Source: Negaprion brevirostris (lineage: Eukaryota). From it: 64,000 nt of DNA. The stretch is from the NCBI GenBank assembly GCA_030324005.1, contig JARDVH010000073.1, forward strand, positions 88,161,495 through 88,225,494, in the 5' to 3' direction. The notes below the pieces were generated by a model that saw nothing but the letters and a program-made list of their open reading frames with translations, was not told the origin of the DNA and did not search any database. Shown one piece after another: positions 15,245-28,252 of the stretch; position 1 is the stretch's first letter, and every line of letters begins with the position of its first letter. The translations under genes and the position numbers were made by a program.

Positions 15245-16380
15245 AGTTTTATAAGCACTATTTTGCTTAGTTTATTTTGTAAAGCTCTTCCTTTCGTGAT
15301 TCAATTCTTCATTGGACCTGTTCTTATTTTCTAGTTGCTTTGTCATGGAGTTCAGTTTATTTTCCACTGTCTTCATTAATTTCTTCCTCTTTGTAACTTC
15401 ACTTTGTAAATTTTTGTATCTTTTTTCCCAAAGTTTGCTGTTTTAATGTTTTCTTTAAAGCTTTAATTCCTTCTGCCGTTAAGCTTCAAAACCATTTGCA
15501 AATGTATGAATCTTGTCATACAGTTCAATGGTTTTCCATACATTGGAAACATCCAGTGCTTTTCTTCTTCTTGGTCCTTGTACTTCAGTTTCGGATTTTC
15601 CAATCCTATTTCAGGCGTTTCTTTTTCTGCCTACAGCAGAACTTTTTCGCCTTTTCTTTTGGCTTCACAATTGGCCAGGTCTGTATCTGATGAAGTGTTG
15701 ACGTGTTTCCATTTTGTGAGTCTCTCGTTGTCCTCCATTTAGGGTCCTCTGTTGTTCTCATTTGGGTCATGGGTTGCCCACCATTTGGGGGTAAAGCTTT
15801 TTTAGACTGCAAATGTGTTTTTTCCATTCAGTTATCAGCAACTGCTGACTGTACCTATTTTCCCCATGCTTTTGCAGGACACCTGTGACTGTAGCTGCTT
15901 TTTAAAACTCTTTTAATACTTAATGCATATATTTCTAAACATGAAATCTTTTTTCTGTTTGATTTATTGTCCTGTGCTGTGGGAATTTCAGGAGGAGCAC
16001 TTCCTTTTAAAAGTGCGTACTATAGGTTTCTTCACACCATTGACCTTCCTGCACTTCAGGAGGCAGAGCAGTGTAGTTATTTTGAAAGCCACAAGGTTTC
16101 AACTCTGCAGCTTGTTTGCTCTTGCTTTGGATTTTGGTTTAACTTTAAAGCAACAGCCATTCTGTGTCTGCTTTCTGAATGTCACAGCAATCTTTTTTAC
16201 TTTTTTTTCCAAAACGCCACTACTCTTCTTGCTAACTCTGCAGTTTTTTAATACCCTATGTTCTTTCTTAAACATTTAACTCTGCTGGGCAATTTTAAGA
16301 GTTTTTTAAAAACAGCTTTTTCTTCTGTACCTGCCTTTTTGTTTTAGTTGTTTTTTGTGGCTGCCTTTAAGTTTCACTGA
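15245..16380 (-). pseudogene. Possible decayed coding sequence (K/E-rich, coiled-coil-like) of unknown origin
   Basis: Strong purine skew on the minus strand. One frame at about 15270-15598 reads as a heptad-like peptide broken by three TAA codons. Confidence 0.3.
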
Positions 16381-16385
16381 GTCTA

Positions 16386-16977
16386 GGCATGGTGGCACAG
16401 TGGTTAACATTGCTGCCTCACAGCGCCAGGGACCTGGTTCAATTCCAGCCTCAGGTAACTGTGTGTATGGAGTTTGCACATTCTATCCATGTCTGTGTGG
16501 GTTTCTTCAGGTGCTCCAGTTTCCTCCTATACTCCAAAAGATGTGTGGGTTAGGTTGATAGGCTATGCAAAATTGCCTCTTAGTGTCAGGAGGATAAGCA
16601 GGGTAAGTACATGGGGTTACAGGGATAGTGCCCTGGGTGGGATTGTTATCAGTGCAAGCTTGATGGGCTAAATGNNNNNNNNNNNNNNNNNNNNNNNNNN
16701 NNNNNNNNNNNNNNNNNNNNNNNNNNNNNNNNNNNNNNNNNNNNNNNNNNNNNNNNNNNNNNNNNNNNNNNNNNNNNNNNNNNNNNNNNNNNNNNNNNNN
16801 NNNNNNNNNNNNNNNNNNNNNNNNNNNNNNNNNNNNNNNNNNNNNNNNNNNNNNNNNNNNNNNNNNNNNNNNNNNNNNNNNNNNNNNNNNNNNNNNNNNN
16901 NNNNNNNNNNNNNNNNNNNNNNNNNNNNNNNNNNNNNNNNNNNNNNNNNNNNNNNNNNNNNNTGGGAATTCTATGAT
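16386..16977 (+). mobile_element. tRNA-derived SINE, HE1-like, spanning an N gap
   Basis: ggtggcacagtggttaacattgctgcctcacagcgccagggacctggttcaattcc head; tail follows the gap. Confidence 0.85.
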
Positions 16978-18112
16978 ACTTTGAGCCTCTTGTGAATGTC
17001 ACCTATTCTAAAATTAAAGTACAGTTACTCTTCTATATTTTGCTCATCCTTCTTGTCAATTCTTAGCCCAAGGTCTTGTAATGTCTCTATATTGCTCACT
17101 CATCTTGTAACTACCCATGCTCTCCTGACTACTTTATTCAGGCAATGTCACTTCTTCAGTGCACGTTCTCTAGTTAAGCTTCAGTGTTTCATACCTTGGA
17201 ATATTGTTCTGCATTCCTACCTTTAGTTGTTACCTTTCTTATCATCATTAATCACCACCATCAATGACCTAGTTACTCTCACCAAATTTCACTCCTGACA
17301 CCTGATCATAATATAGTTTTTTATGCTGCTGTTGTGGTGACTCATTGATGACATTTTGAAATCTGTGTGTTTAAACATAAACACCTATATCAGCAGGCTT
17401 TAACTATGACATATCATCGCAGAAGGGGAGACGAAAGGTGAGGTAGAAATAAGAGGAAGAGGAAGAGCTAGGATAGGATGAGAGAAGAGTGAGAATGGAA
17501 CTAGGAAGAGAGGTGGATTGAAGTGGGAAACGGTAGAAGTGTAATGGAACCAAGTAGAGGTGAAATGGGATAGGGGCTTTTGAGGAGAGGGAGAATAGGG
17601 CCATTGGGAAGAGAGCAACATCTAACATTGCATCCACGAGTGGCCACACAGCAATCTGGATGTACCACACAAAATAAGCAGGTGGCTCACTACTTTTTCT
17701 GGACTGTCACACTTTCAAAATGAAGGCAGCCCATGGACAAAAAAGTAGTATTCAGAGCAGTTTGTAAACAGCCTAGTACAAAGAGAATTTAGAGCAAACA
17801 CTGGGCACGGGAGGCCCACAGGACATGAACACAAAGCTCTTGGGGGCCTAGAAATTTGCAGCAAAACGCAGCTTACANNNNNNNNNNACAATTTAGAAGT
17901 TTAAACATAATTTATCAGCTGCTGCTTTCATGGACCTGGGCATTGCTGGCTAGATCAGCATTTGATGCCCTTCCCAAATTGCCCTTGAACTGAATGGCTT
18001 TTTGGGCCATTTCAGAAGGCAGTTAAGAGTCAACCATATTGCTGTGGGTTTGGAGTCACATGTAGGCCAGATCAGGTCAGGATGGTAGATTTCCCTCCCT
18101 AAAGGGCACTGG

Positions 18113-18407
18113 AATTATAGAATCCCGAAAGTACAAAAGGAGGCCATCAAGCCTGCACCAACAACAATCCCACACAGACCTTATCCCCATAACTTCACGT
18201 AGTTACCCTGCTAATCCTTTTGACACTGAGGAGCAATTTAGCATGGCCCATCCACGTAATCTGCATATCTTTGGAGCATGGAAGGATACAGGAGCACCCT
18301 GAGAAACTCACGCAGACACGGGGAGAATGTGCAAACTCCACACAGTCACTTGAGGCCGGAAGTGAACCCAGGTCCCTAGTGCTGTAAGGCAATCACTGTG
18401 CTGCCCA
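18113..18407 (-). mobile_element. HE1-like SINE inserted into an older SINE (about 17925-18605)
   Basis: Reverse-complement HE1 body. The flanks join into the SINE seen intact at 32090-32440. Confidence 0.8.
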
Positions 18408-21337
18408 TATTAGTGAATGATGGGTTATGATGATAATCGATGATAGTTTCATGGTCACCATTTACTGAAACTAGTCTTACATAATTCCAGGTTTATTAAC
18501 TGAATTCAAATTTCACCAGCTTTGGTGGGATTTGAACTCATGTCCCAGATCATCAGCTTGGGTCTATGGATTACTATTTCAGCAGCACTATTTCACCATG
18601 CCACCAACCCCCTTTGCGTTTGGTCTATTGCTGCCACAATGAGATTTCATTTTTTGAAGAGTATATGTCTTTTAATGGATAAGTATTTCCCAGCTTTCAA
18701 TCAGCCACTAGATGGAGAACTTTGGGATAGCCAAGTATTCAATAAGAACACCAGAGATGGGGACAGAATAAAAACTGGTAAGATGATTTCTGCATCATCA
18801 AGTAGCTATGCAGCAGCATTGTGCCCAGACAATCCCATTCTCACATCAGTCAATGCTGTTCAAAAGTAATTCACTGAGTATAACAGCACAGGCATCTTAA
18901 AATTCTCTACTCCTTCCCCACTACCCCGAATACTTCCTTCACCAGCCCATACCCCTCCCAATCTTTGTAACCTCCAACTCGCTCAGGTAGCTGCTGACCA
19001 TGCTAACGTGTCCATTTCCATTATTTATTCCTCCCCTTAGCTCTGGGATTCCTTCCTTAAAGCTCTCCACATCAATATCTCTATCTTCTTTAAGATGCTT
19101 GTTTAAACCCACCTCTTTGATCAAACTTTTGGTTATCTGCCCCAACATCTCGTGTGGCTCAAATTTTGTTTGATAACACTATTGTGAAGTAGCTTGAGAC
19201 ATTTTCCTAAGTAAAAATGCTATCTAAATACTGGATTCTCTCTCAAACAATAGCAACAAAACAGATAAAATATGAATTAACTTTGTCATTACAGTTTTGG
19301 AGCCTTGCTATGTGCTATACTGACCTCCCTAACAGTGACTATACTTTCAAGTAACTAATTAGCTTAAAAGCACTTTTGAACATCCTGGATGTTACTGGTC
19401 CTACATAATTATTTGTTCATTCATTGTTTTAATGTTAAGATATTGCAATAAATGCAAATGTTTATTTAACTTTTAAAATACAATGGGAAGCAGCAGCAAT
19501 AATATGGAATTAATTATTTTCTATAAAACTTAAGAAAGGAAAAAGTAAACTGCCCTAATCAGTAACAAGTTATTTGATCTCACCTGGGGCAGTTGTAAAG
19601 TTATAGAAATATGCCCCAGTAGTGTGCAAACTTTTCTTAGCTTGCCAGTCAGTGGATCAATATCTACTTCAGCCCAAGTTAGCTATGAAGATGACAAGTG
19701 GGCAGTTGTCTTACTAAATCTTAGCTAATGTTATCTCTGCATGCAAGAAGAAATGACGTGTCTTCATTAGGGGAGAAATGATTCAACTGAAGTGACTTGA
19801 TATGAGTCAGGAACTTTATTTTTATTAGGGAATGGGCAATACAAATAGGGAAGACAGGCTTGAGGTGCTGTCAGCCTCTGCCTTCCTAATGGCTCAGTGA
19901 ATTTTTGAAATCAGCCAGATTTGAATCAGACACTTAGATACCAAGGAGCAATCCTATTGTGGGGGATAGTGATATGTCATCACAGGTATAAACAGGGGCA
20001 GTGCGCCAGAGGAAGACAGCAACTGCCACCTGCCACAGCTCATAGCTTTTAGCTCAAAGCTGCATGAGAACGTAAGAAATAGGAGCAGGAGTAGGCCATT
20101 AGCCCTTCGAGCCTGCCCCGCCATTCAATAAGATCATGGCTGATCTGAAGTGGATCAGATCCACTTTCCTGCTTTCTCCCCATAACCCTTAATTCCCTTG
20201 CCTACCAAAAACCTATCTACCCGTGTCTTAAATATANNNNNNNNNNNNNNNNNNNNNNNNNNNNNNNNNNNNNNNNNNNNNNNNNNNNNNNNNNNNNNNN
20301 NNNNNNNNNNNNNNNNNNNNNNNNNNNNNNNNNNNNNNNNNNNNNNNNNNNNNNNNNNNNNNNNNNNNNNNNNNNNNNNNNNNNNNNNNNNNNNNNNNNN
20401 NNNNNNNNNNNNNNNNNNNNNNNNNNNNNNNNNNNNNNNNNNNNNNNNNNNNNNNNNNNNNNNNNNNNNNNNNNNNNNNNNNNNNNNNNNNNNNNNNNNN
20501 NNNNNNNNNNNNNNNNNNNNNNNNNNNNNNNNNNNNNNNNNNNNNNNNNNNNNNNNNNNNNNNNNNNNNNNNNNNNNNNNNNNNNNNNNNNNNNNNNNNN
20601 NNNNNNNNNNNNNNNNNNNNNNNNNNNNNNNNNNNNNNNNNNNNNNNNNNNNNNNNNNNNNNNNNNNNNNNNNNNNNNNNNNNNNNNNNNNNNNNNNNNN
20701 NNNNNNNNNNNNNNNNNNNNNNNNNNNNNNNNNNNNNNNNNNNNNNNNNNNNNNNNNNNNNNNNNNNNNNNNNNNNNNNNNNNNNNNNNNNNNNNNNNNN
20801 NNNNNNNNNNNNNNNNNNNNNNNNNNNNNNNNNNNNNNNNNNNNNNNNNNNNNNNNNNNNNNNNNNNNNNNNNNNNNNNNNNNNNNNNNNNNNNNNNNNN
20901 NNNNNNNNNNNNNNNNNNNNNNNNNNNNNNNNNNNNNNNNNNNNNNNNNNNNNNNNNNNNNNNGCGCTGTGAAGCACCAGTGCTAACCACTGTGCTTTTA
21001 AAGGATATTGATAGCTTTTGAATAAAAGAACAACATTCAAAAAATAGCCTGACGTCATTGGATCATTATTTCTTGTTTTCTGTTAATTGCCCCATACCAT
21101 ATCCTAACACTCCATTTGCTCTTAAAATGGCATTTTGGCATTGGTCATTGACCTTCAATGACTGTTCTTTTTCCACTCACCACTCAACTCTCAACTATGC
21201 ATGATACAGTAGATAGCTGCATTGTGGAGTGAACAATGGTGGTATGCTGGACCAAATGCTCTCCATCTGTGCTAAGTTTCCCAATAAAATAAATCCAATA
21301 TCCACACAATAAAGAATGAATTTACATCAAAAGGTAC

Positions 21338-21413
21338 CTGTAGCAAAAGCTTTTCCACAACTTGGATGTTCACATCTATATGGCCGATCCCCAGTATGTG
21401 CCCTCTCATGTAC
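21338..21413 (-). CDS. ZNF143: ZNF143 exon 9: [25 protein letters not shown](G)
   Basis: 76 bp, cacag| ... CAG|gtacct. End of finger 1 and start of finger 2. Confidence 0.96.
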
Positions 21414-22789
21414 CTGTGATCACATAATAAAACTGAAGTGGATTAGAAAATATCAAATGTATCAAGAACAAACACAATATTTTAATTTGATCGCAGCTTG
21501 GAAATTTCTGGGGGGTTTTCAAGGAGTGTTGCAGATGGGCAGGGTGTAAGTGAAATGTTCATTTCAATTTTCTCTCATCTTATCCCACTCTTCTGAAGGC
21601 ATTGACTTTTGCTATGACTCACTGGGTGTTGGCAACCCTCCAATACTTCATGCAATAAGTCAGCATATATCTTTCCTGAGTATATCAGCTATGTTCTTCC
21701 CCTCTCTAACTTTACCCCTTCTTCATCNNNNNNNNNNNNNNNNNNNNNNNNNNNNNNNNNNNNNNNNNNNNNNNNNNNNNNNNNNNNNNNNNNNNNNNNN
21801 NNNNNNNNNNNNNNNNNNNNNNNNNNNNNNNNNNNNNNNNNNNNNNNNNNNNNNNNNNNNNNNNNNNNNNNNNNNNNNNNNNNNNNNNNNNNNNNNNNNN
21901 NNNNNNNNNNNNNNNNNNNNNNNNNNNNNNNNNNNNNNNNNNNNNNNNNNNNNNNNNNNNNNNNNCTCGAATCAGAAACTAAGCAGATTGGAACTTGAAA
22001 CAATACAATCGTACTATCACTGGTGATGCCAACTATAGTTAGCATTCTAGCAGCAGTTACTATTATAGTTGCTGAGAAGTTATTAATTTACACTCCATAT
22101 TATTATAAATGAACTCAGAGGAACCTGAAACTTGGCTGCAACAGGCAACAAAAAAGAAAATTGGAAATAACAGCTATCCTGATGGTTTATTGTGTAAAGA
22201 TGGTGAATGGGTGCACTATACTGACACAGAAGGTCCCAAATTCAGCCCCGGTCAGTGCTAGCTAATTACAGTCAGGGCCATGCAATTCCATGTAACTGAA
22301 TGCATTTTGAGTGAGCTTGAATCTTACCTTATAGCAATGATACCCTTAAAAAAAGGCAGGAAATAATCTGTTACAGTTCTGGCTTTCTTAATTGTGCTGT
22401 TAACCATACTAGAAGTGCAGATGTGGAAGTTGCATGATTTTTAAACCATCAAGACTCATACATAAGGAACTGTTAACTGATTGAGGTACCAGAGGAATCA
22501 GATATTTACATAATTTACAAAAGGAACTGCTAACTGACGTACAAGGGGAATCACAAACATTTAGTGTCATGGACTGCACTGCAGCCAAGTTAATACCTCC
22601 AGAAAAGATGAGCAATGGAGAACAGAAAGAATGATGAAATGGGGAAAGAAAACAAAAGTTTAAAAGAATTGATCCTCTTCTCTTCTGGAGGAAGAAATGG
22701 TTCTATAATACACTAAAATGAGCAGTACGTGATACTCTTTTCATTCTCCCTCTTTTTGGGTCTCGACTTCGAGTTGTTTCCCCATCACA

Positions 22790-23200
22790 GCTGTGAGAGG
22801 GAGAAGGTGGAGGACAGTGGGGCACAAGAGGGTGGGTGAGAGGATGGGAGGGTGCAAAGGTGAGAGAGCAGGCATTTGCGTGACAGGGCCCAAAAGCGTG
22901 AACACAGGTGCGTATGTGAGATAGCAACAGGGGGTTTGTTTGTGAGAGAGTGAGATAAAGTGTGCATGCGCGCAAGGAAGATGGGGCATGCAAGAGACCG
23001 CAAAAAAGTGCCAGTGTGTGTGTGTGTGTGTGCGCGTGAGAGAGAGTGCCTGAGTGTGTGAGAGTGTATGTCAGAGTGTGTGAGAAAGAGGGGGTATGAA
23101 TGTGTATGGGAGGAAGGGAGAGAGGTTGTGTGTATGGAGGGCAGAGGGAGAGAGGGTGTAAGGGAGTGTGGGGAGAGGGTCTGTGTGCGTGTATGTACGA
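22790..23200. repeat. Degenerate (GT)/(GA) low-complexity tract
   Basis: gtgtgtgtgtgtgtgtgtg and gagagag runs, strongly G-skewed. Confidence 0.8.
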
Positions 23201-23431
23201 GTGCCTGGCTCACTCCCAGTCACAGGATTCTCAGTCACCAGCACACATTCTCGCAGTGAGCTAGGCACACACATCCAGGTACACACGTTCACCCTCTTAT
23301 CGCCTAATGATCATTTTTATTCATTACTGTTTTTATTTAAATATCAACTTATTGCTTTGACATTGCTTTGTTTTGCTCAAAGTTGTTCTTTTCTTCAGAT
23401 TCAATGTTTTCCTCAAAATTCATTTTTATTT

Positions 23432-23887
23432 CTGAAATCGGCTCATCAGCAGGTGAAAATAATTAAAATATGCCCCCCATGCAAAAAATAAGTGCAGAAG
23501 TAATGACATACTGCATTTGGAGGTGCTATAGTTTGCATGTCTAGGACTACTTGCTCAATTGTGTATGAAGTACTGTGTGGCACTGTTCAAATTGGAGCTG
23601 GGAATTTGCCTACTTTTCTGGCCAACAGTTCCTTCCTCAACTGCAAACACCAGACTGACTAGTTATTTACTTAGTTGTGGCTTGTGCAATCTGACACACA
23701 TCCAGGTACAAGAGAAATCCCCAGCTCCAGTTTGAACAGTGCCACGCGCTGCTTCATACACAATTGAACAAGTAGTTCTAGACATGCAAACTGTAGCACC
23801 TCCAGTAATCATTACTTCTGCACTTATTTTTTGCACGGGAGGGGGACATATTGTAATTATTTTCATCTGCCGATGAGCTGATTTCAG
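23432..23887. repeat. MITE-like element with ~175-bp terminal inverted repeats
   Basis: 23432-~23607 is the imperfect reverse complement of ~23716-23887 (ctgaaatcggctcatc... / ...gatgagctgatttcag). Confidence 0.8.
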
Positions 23888-24677
23888 TGGGCTGATGAAC
23901 GGCGGATGGAGTTTAATTTGGACAAATGTGAGGTAATGCATTTTGGTAGATTGAACCAGGACAGCACTTTCTCAGTTAATGGTAGGGCGTTGGGGAGAGT
24001 TACAGAACAAGGAGATCTAGGGGTACATGTTCACAGCTCCTCGAAAGTGGAGTCACAGGTGGACAGAGTGGTGAAGAAGGCATTTGGCATGCTTGGTTTC
24101 ATTGGTCAGAACATTGAAAANNNNNNNNNNNNNNNNNNNNNNNNNNNNNNNNNNNNNNNNNNNNNNNNNNNNNNNNNNNNNNNNNNNNNNNNNNNNNNNN
24201 NNNNNNNNNNNNNNNNNNNNNNNNNNNNNNNNNNNNNNNNNNNNNNNNNNNNNNNNNNNNNNNNNNNNNNNNNNNNNNNNNNNNNNNNNNNNNNNNNNNN
24301 NNNNNNNNNNNNNNNNNNNNNNNNNNNNNNNNNNNNNNNNNNNNNNNNNNNNNNNNNNNNNNNNNNNNNNNNNNNNNNNNNNNNNNNNNNNNNNNNNNNN
24401 NNNNNNNNNNNNNNNNNNNNNNNNNNNNNNNNNNNNNNNNNNNNNNNNATATAAAAGTGTCCAGGGGGGCAATTTTTTCACCCAGAGGGTGTTGACTGTC
24501 TGGAACAAGCTGCCAGAGGTATTAGTAGAGGCGGGTACATTTTTAAAAAGAATTTAGATAGGGATATGGGCCAAATGTGGGCAATTGGGATTTGTTTAGG
24601 GATTTTAAAAAAAAGGGCAGCATGGACAAGTTGGGCCAAAGAGCCTGTTTCCATACTGTAAACTTCTATGACTCTAT
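23888..24677 (+). mobile_element. 5'-truncated CR1/HER1 LINE (gap inside)
   Basis: MEFNLDKCEVMHFG...DLGVHVH...VVKKAFGMLGFI, FFTQRV..VWNKLP, and a ttctatgactctatg tail. Confidence 0.9.
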
Positions 24678-25104
24678 GGCTGTGGCAAATTGATTGCCAT
24701 GTTTGTCAGCGTTACAGCAGTAAGTACACTTGGAAATTAATTTACTGGTTGAAAAATACTTCAGCATGTTCCAAGAACGTAACAATGCACAAAATAACTG
24801 TAATAACAACAAAGTTCTGATGAAAGGTGACAGCTCTGAAACATTAATTCCATTTCTCTCCATGGACACCTGACCTAATGGACAGGATTTTACAGCCTCA
24901 CACGATTGTGATTGGAAATTCCTGTTGTCCACTCCTAGCCTGCTCTGACTCCGTCAAGGGCACAGCGGTAGAATTCTGGCAAATGAGTATTTCATATTTC
25001 TAGCATCCACAGTAGTTTGCTTTTGATCTAAATAATTGTAGATGTTTTCCAAGTTTTTTCTTTCAGCAATGATTAACGTTAGCCAATGTAACCTCAAACT
25101 ATAC

Positions 25105-25337
25105 CTTGAGATGATGAGCAGTTGTGTACAGTCTTCCACAACCTTCATATTCCACTTCATAAAGNNNNNNNNNNNNNNNNNNNNNNNNNNNNNNNNNNNN
25201 NNNNNNNNNNNNNNNNNNNNNNNNNNNNNNNNNNNNNNNNNNNNNNNNNNNNNNNNNNNNNNNNAGCGAAAAGCTTTTTCTCCCAGCTGTTGAGCCTTGG
25301 CACTCACTCGTGCAGTTACGTGACCCTGAAGAACAAT
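25105..25337 (-). CDS. ZNF143: ZNF143 exon 8, interrupted by a 100-N gap at 25165-25264: IVLQGHVTARVSAKAQQLGEKAFR[C]EYEGCGRLYTTAHHLK
   Basis: Both halves translate to the linker and the start of zinc finger 1. The acceptor is accaag| and the donor AAG|gtatag. The expected true length is about 123 bp. Confidence 0.9.
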
Positions 25338-28037
25338 CTTGGTAAACAGAACAAACAATGATAAGTAACTTACTGCTGAATTTTGTGCTATTTTGCAGTT
25401 GATAATTTATCATTCGCTTATGCAGAAAAACAGAAACTTTATGACAAAAAAGGCCATTCTGCCCATTACCTTTGTAAATTACATAACTATAAGTGTTAAG
25501 TTCCTCATTTCAAAACATAATTTTAGTTTTTGCATAACATTTAATTACATAACATAAACTTTAAACCCCTTTCATCTCAATGAAAAATATTTTTCTACAT
25601 TAGATTTTGAAAGCCAGTCCTTAGAAACAAAAACTCACTCTAACATTTAGTTATTTTGGAACAGAATGGCATTCCAGAAAGAGAACTGGTCTGGACCACA
25701 GCAGGAATAATTAATTACCTCTATCTACAATCACCGCATTGTTCACATAAGCCACAACTTCAACCTCTTCATTTTTCCTTTTACTTCTTTCCTCTAATGG
25801 CTCACACAAAGATTTCAAACAAATTACATTCAGTAACAGGGACAACGGCCAACCTTTTCTCACTGTGAATTAATTTATACTTGCTTTGACAGCTCATCTG
25901 TTATCAATACTCTAAGAGACAGATGACTCACAATATCTTTTTCAGATTTAATTACTCCAGCAGCTAAATCATAAATTAGTGTCTTACCCAGTTGAATGTC
26001 TTTTCTCGAGTCAGATTAAACAAAACCATTGGAAATACTTTCTCTTCCCTACAACCAATACTGTTGAAAGGATTAATAATCACATTAGCAGTTATGAGGA
26101 AAAACTTTTTGTTAAAGCCGACACAGATAAGCGTCAAGGCCTAGTTACAAGGGAGGAAACATGAGAATATGGTTTATATCACTAAGACCCTTAGTCTGAG
26201 AAAATGCATCAAATCAGACATTTGGACATGAGGGAGATAACAGATAACTGCAAACCCAGACACAAGCTGGAATAAGGATAACTTTTAACAATAATAAGTT
26301 AGGTCAGCTAACATGTTCAAATCTCCACATTGATTGGATATTATAAACTTAGCAGGTATGCAACAATTGTGATTGATTTTTCACATTTGTACCTTATGCA
26401 TGATGTAACTGTAATCAAGTTGGGAGTGGATCAAGATATATATCTATTAAGGTATAGGAGTTGTTAATTATTTGTAATCAAATCTGGAAGTATATCTGTT
26501 TTTGTAAATCTGTGCCATGTGCTCTGGCTGGCCACTAGCTAGCATTCTAGATTCCTTGCTATGCAGCTCAAATAAAATAGCTGTGGTGAAAAACTCTGTG
26601 GCTTGGTCTGGCTACCTGAGTGAAACAAAGTTGGAATAAATTAAAAGGCTGAACACTAAAAAAATTCACAATACTGCAATTCAACAAAATCTCCTTAATT
26701 GATTAACTTCAAACTCCATAACCTGATAGAGGTAGATAATTTGTTAGGTTACATCTTTTAAATATGAAGCCAAAATCCTGCCAAAGTTTTACTAATCAGC
26801 TTTGAATACAGCAATAAATCTCTAAATCCCTCTTACTTCTTTATACTATTCCTCACACATTTAAGCAACACATTATTAATGAAGGTATTATTAGTTCAGC
26901 ATCACTTTAAACAATTCTAGAATTTCCCCTTTTCATTTTTTTCTAACATTGTAAAACTCGATTAAAGTTGTCAGTTCCTGGTGCTTTGTGACCACGTTAC
27001 CCAAGTTGCTTTCTCCTGTCAAAAGGTATTTCATACGTTCTTTGTCTTTCTTGGAAACCATGATCCCCAAACCATCCAAAAAAACCTTCAATCTAAGCAT
27101 ATTATACTTTCAAATTAGAATTAGAGTGTATGTATTATTATAACTCCTCCTTTTTACTACAAACATACAAAAAGGATGTGCAGGAAATAGAATAGTTAGC
27201 CTGTTATGTCTGTCTCACTCAGTCATATTGCAATAAATAATCCCACCTACCAGCTGCCAGGTAATTGGAGAGCATCAAAAATATTTTTTTTAAACCCATG
27301 AGCAATTCGGGAAGAAAATAATTCCCTGAAATTCCACTGTCATTCTCTCCGCAAAAATATCAAAAACAAGTTCCAGTAGATAATCATAATCATAGATGAA
27401 TTGTGCAACATGCCATATAGTTTTTGAAGGCAGCCACATCGACCTCCTTCAGGAACTTATCTAGTTCCCTTTTGAAATTTTGCAGCAAGTCTGAAGCCAC
27501 TGAAAATGCAGGTAATCTATTCTAACCTTTAATAATCCTCTGTGATAATCTGGGCAATATCTAATCTAGTTTTGTATTTATATAGATTTTATGCATATTT
27601 CCTCATCCCCCCCCTTATCTCATTCAAATAATCTTCCCAAATGTGCACAGATTAGTCCAGCCCTTATTTTAAATACTTCATTCAAATCGTTTTAAAGTAT
27701 AATGTTCCAGAGCCTGTTGTGATTTCATACTAGTTGTTAATCCAGTACCTCTCTTCTGAGGGTGTTTTGAGGCTTCTATATTTCACCACACAAAGGAACA
27801 AAAACGGGACAGCAGTGATTTCTCACTAAATGTTATAGTTGCATTTCTACAAAGTGTAATTTTAACTGAAACAACTTTAAGCAAATCAGATTTTCCTATC
27901 ACAACCAATGTAAAAGCTGTAATTTGGTTCTGTAGGACCTTTCGAGTCAGAAATTAACTTGAAAACACTATACCTGAAAGTTGAAATACCACACATTTTT
28001 AGATGATTATATTTGTAAATGAAATAACATTTAAAAT

Positions 28038-28252
28038 ACCAAAAAATCTCAGCAGGTCTGACAGCATCGCTGAGGAGAGAAAAGAGCTGACCTTTTGAGT
28101 CCAGATGATTCTTTGTCAAAGCTCTGACAAAGGGTCATCTGGACTTGAAACATCAGCTCTTTTCTCTACTTATGCATGCTGTCAGACCTGCTGAGATCAT
28201 CCAGCATTTTCTCTTTTGGTTTCAGATTCCAGCATTTGCAGTAATTTGCTTT
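28038..28252. repeat. Palindromic Penelope-like insertion flanked by a 13-bp direct repeat
   Basis: atctcagcaggtctgacagcat...tttgtcaaag pairs with tctgacaaag...atgctgtcagacctgctgagat. TAACATTTAAAAT occurs at 28025-28037 and 28253-28265. Confidence 0.75.

Noticed and set aside
19245-19420. Resemblance to a Deu-domain SINE (SacSINE1/AmnSINE1) 3' part, also near 24690-24800
   Set aside because: Too diverged to assign by eye; it needs nhmmer against Dfam.
26110-26655. Possible solo LTR (TG...CA, AATAAA)
   Set aside because: No target-site duplication or second copy was found to support the boundaries.
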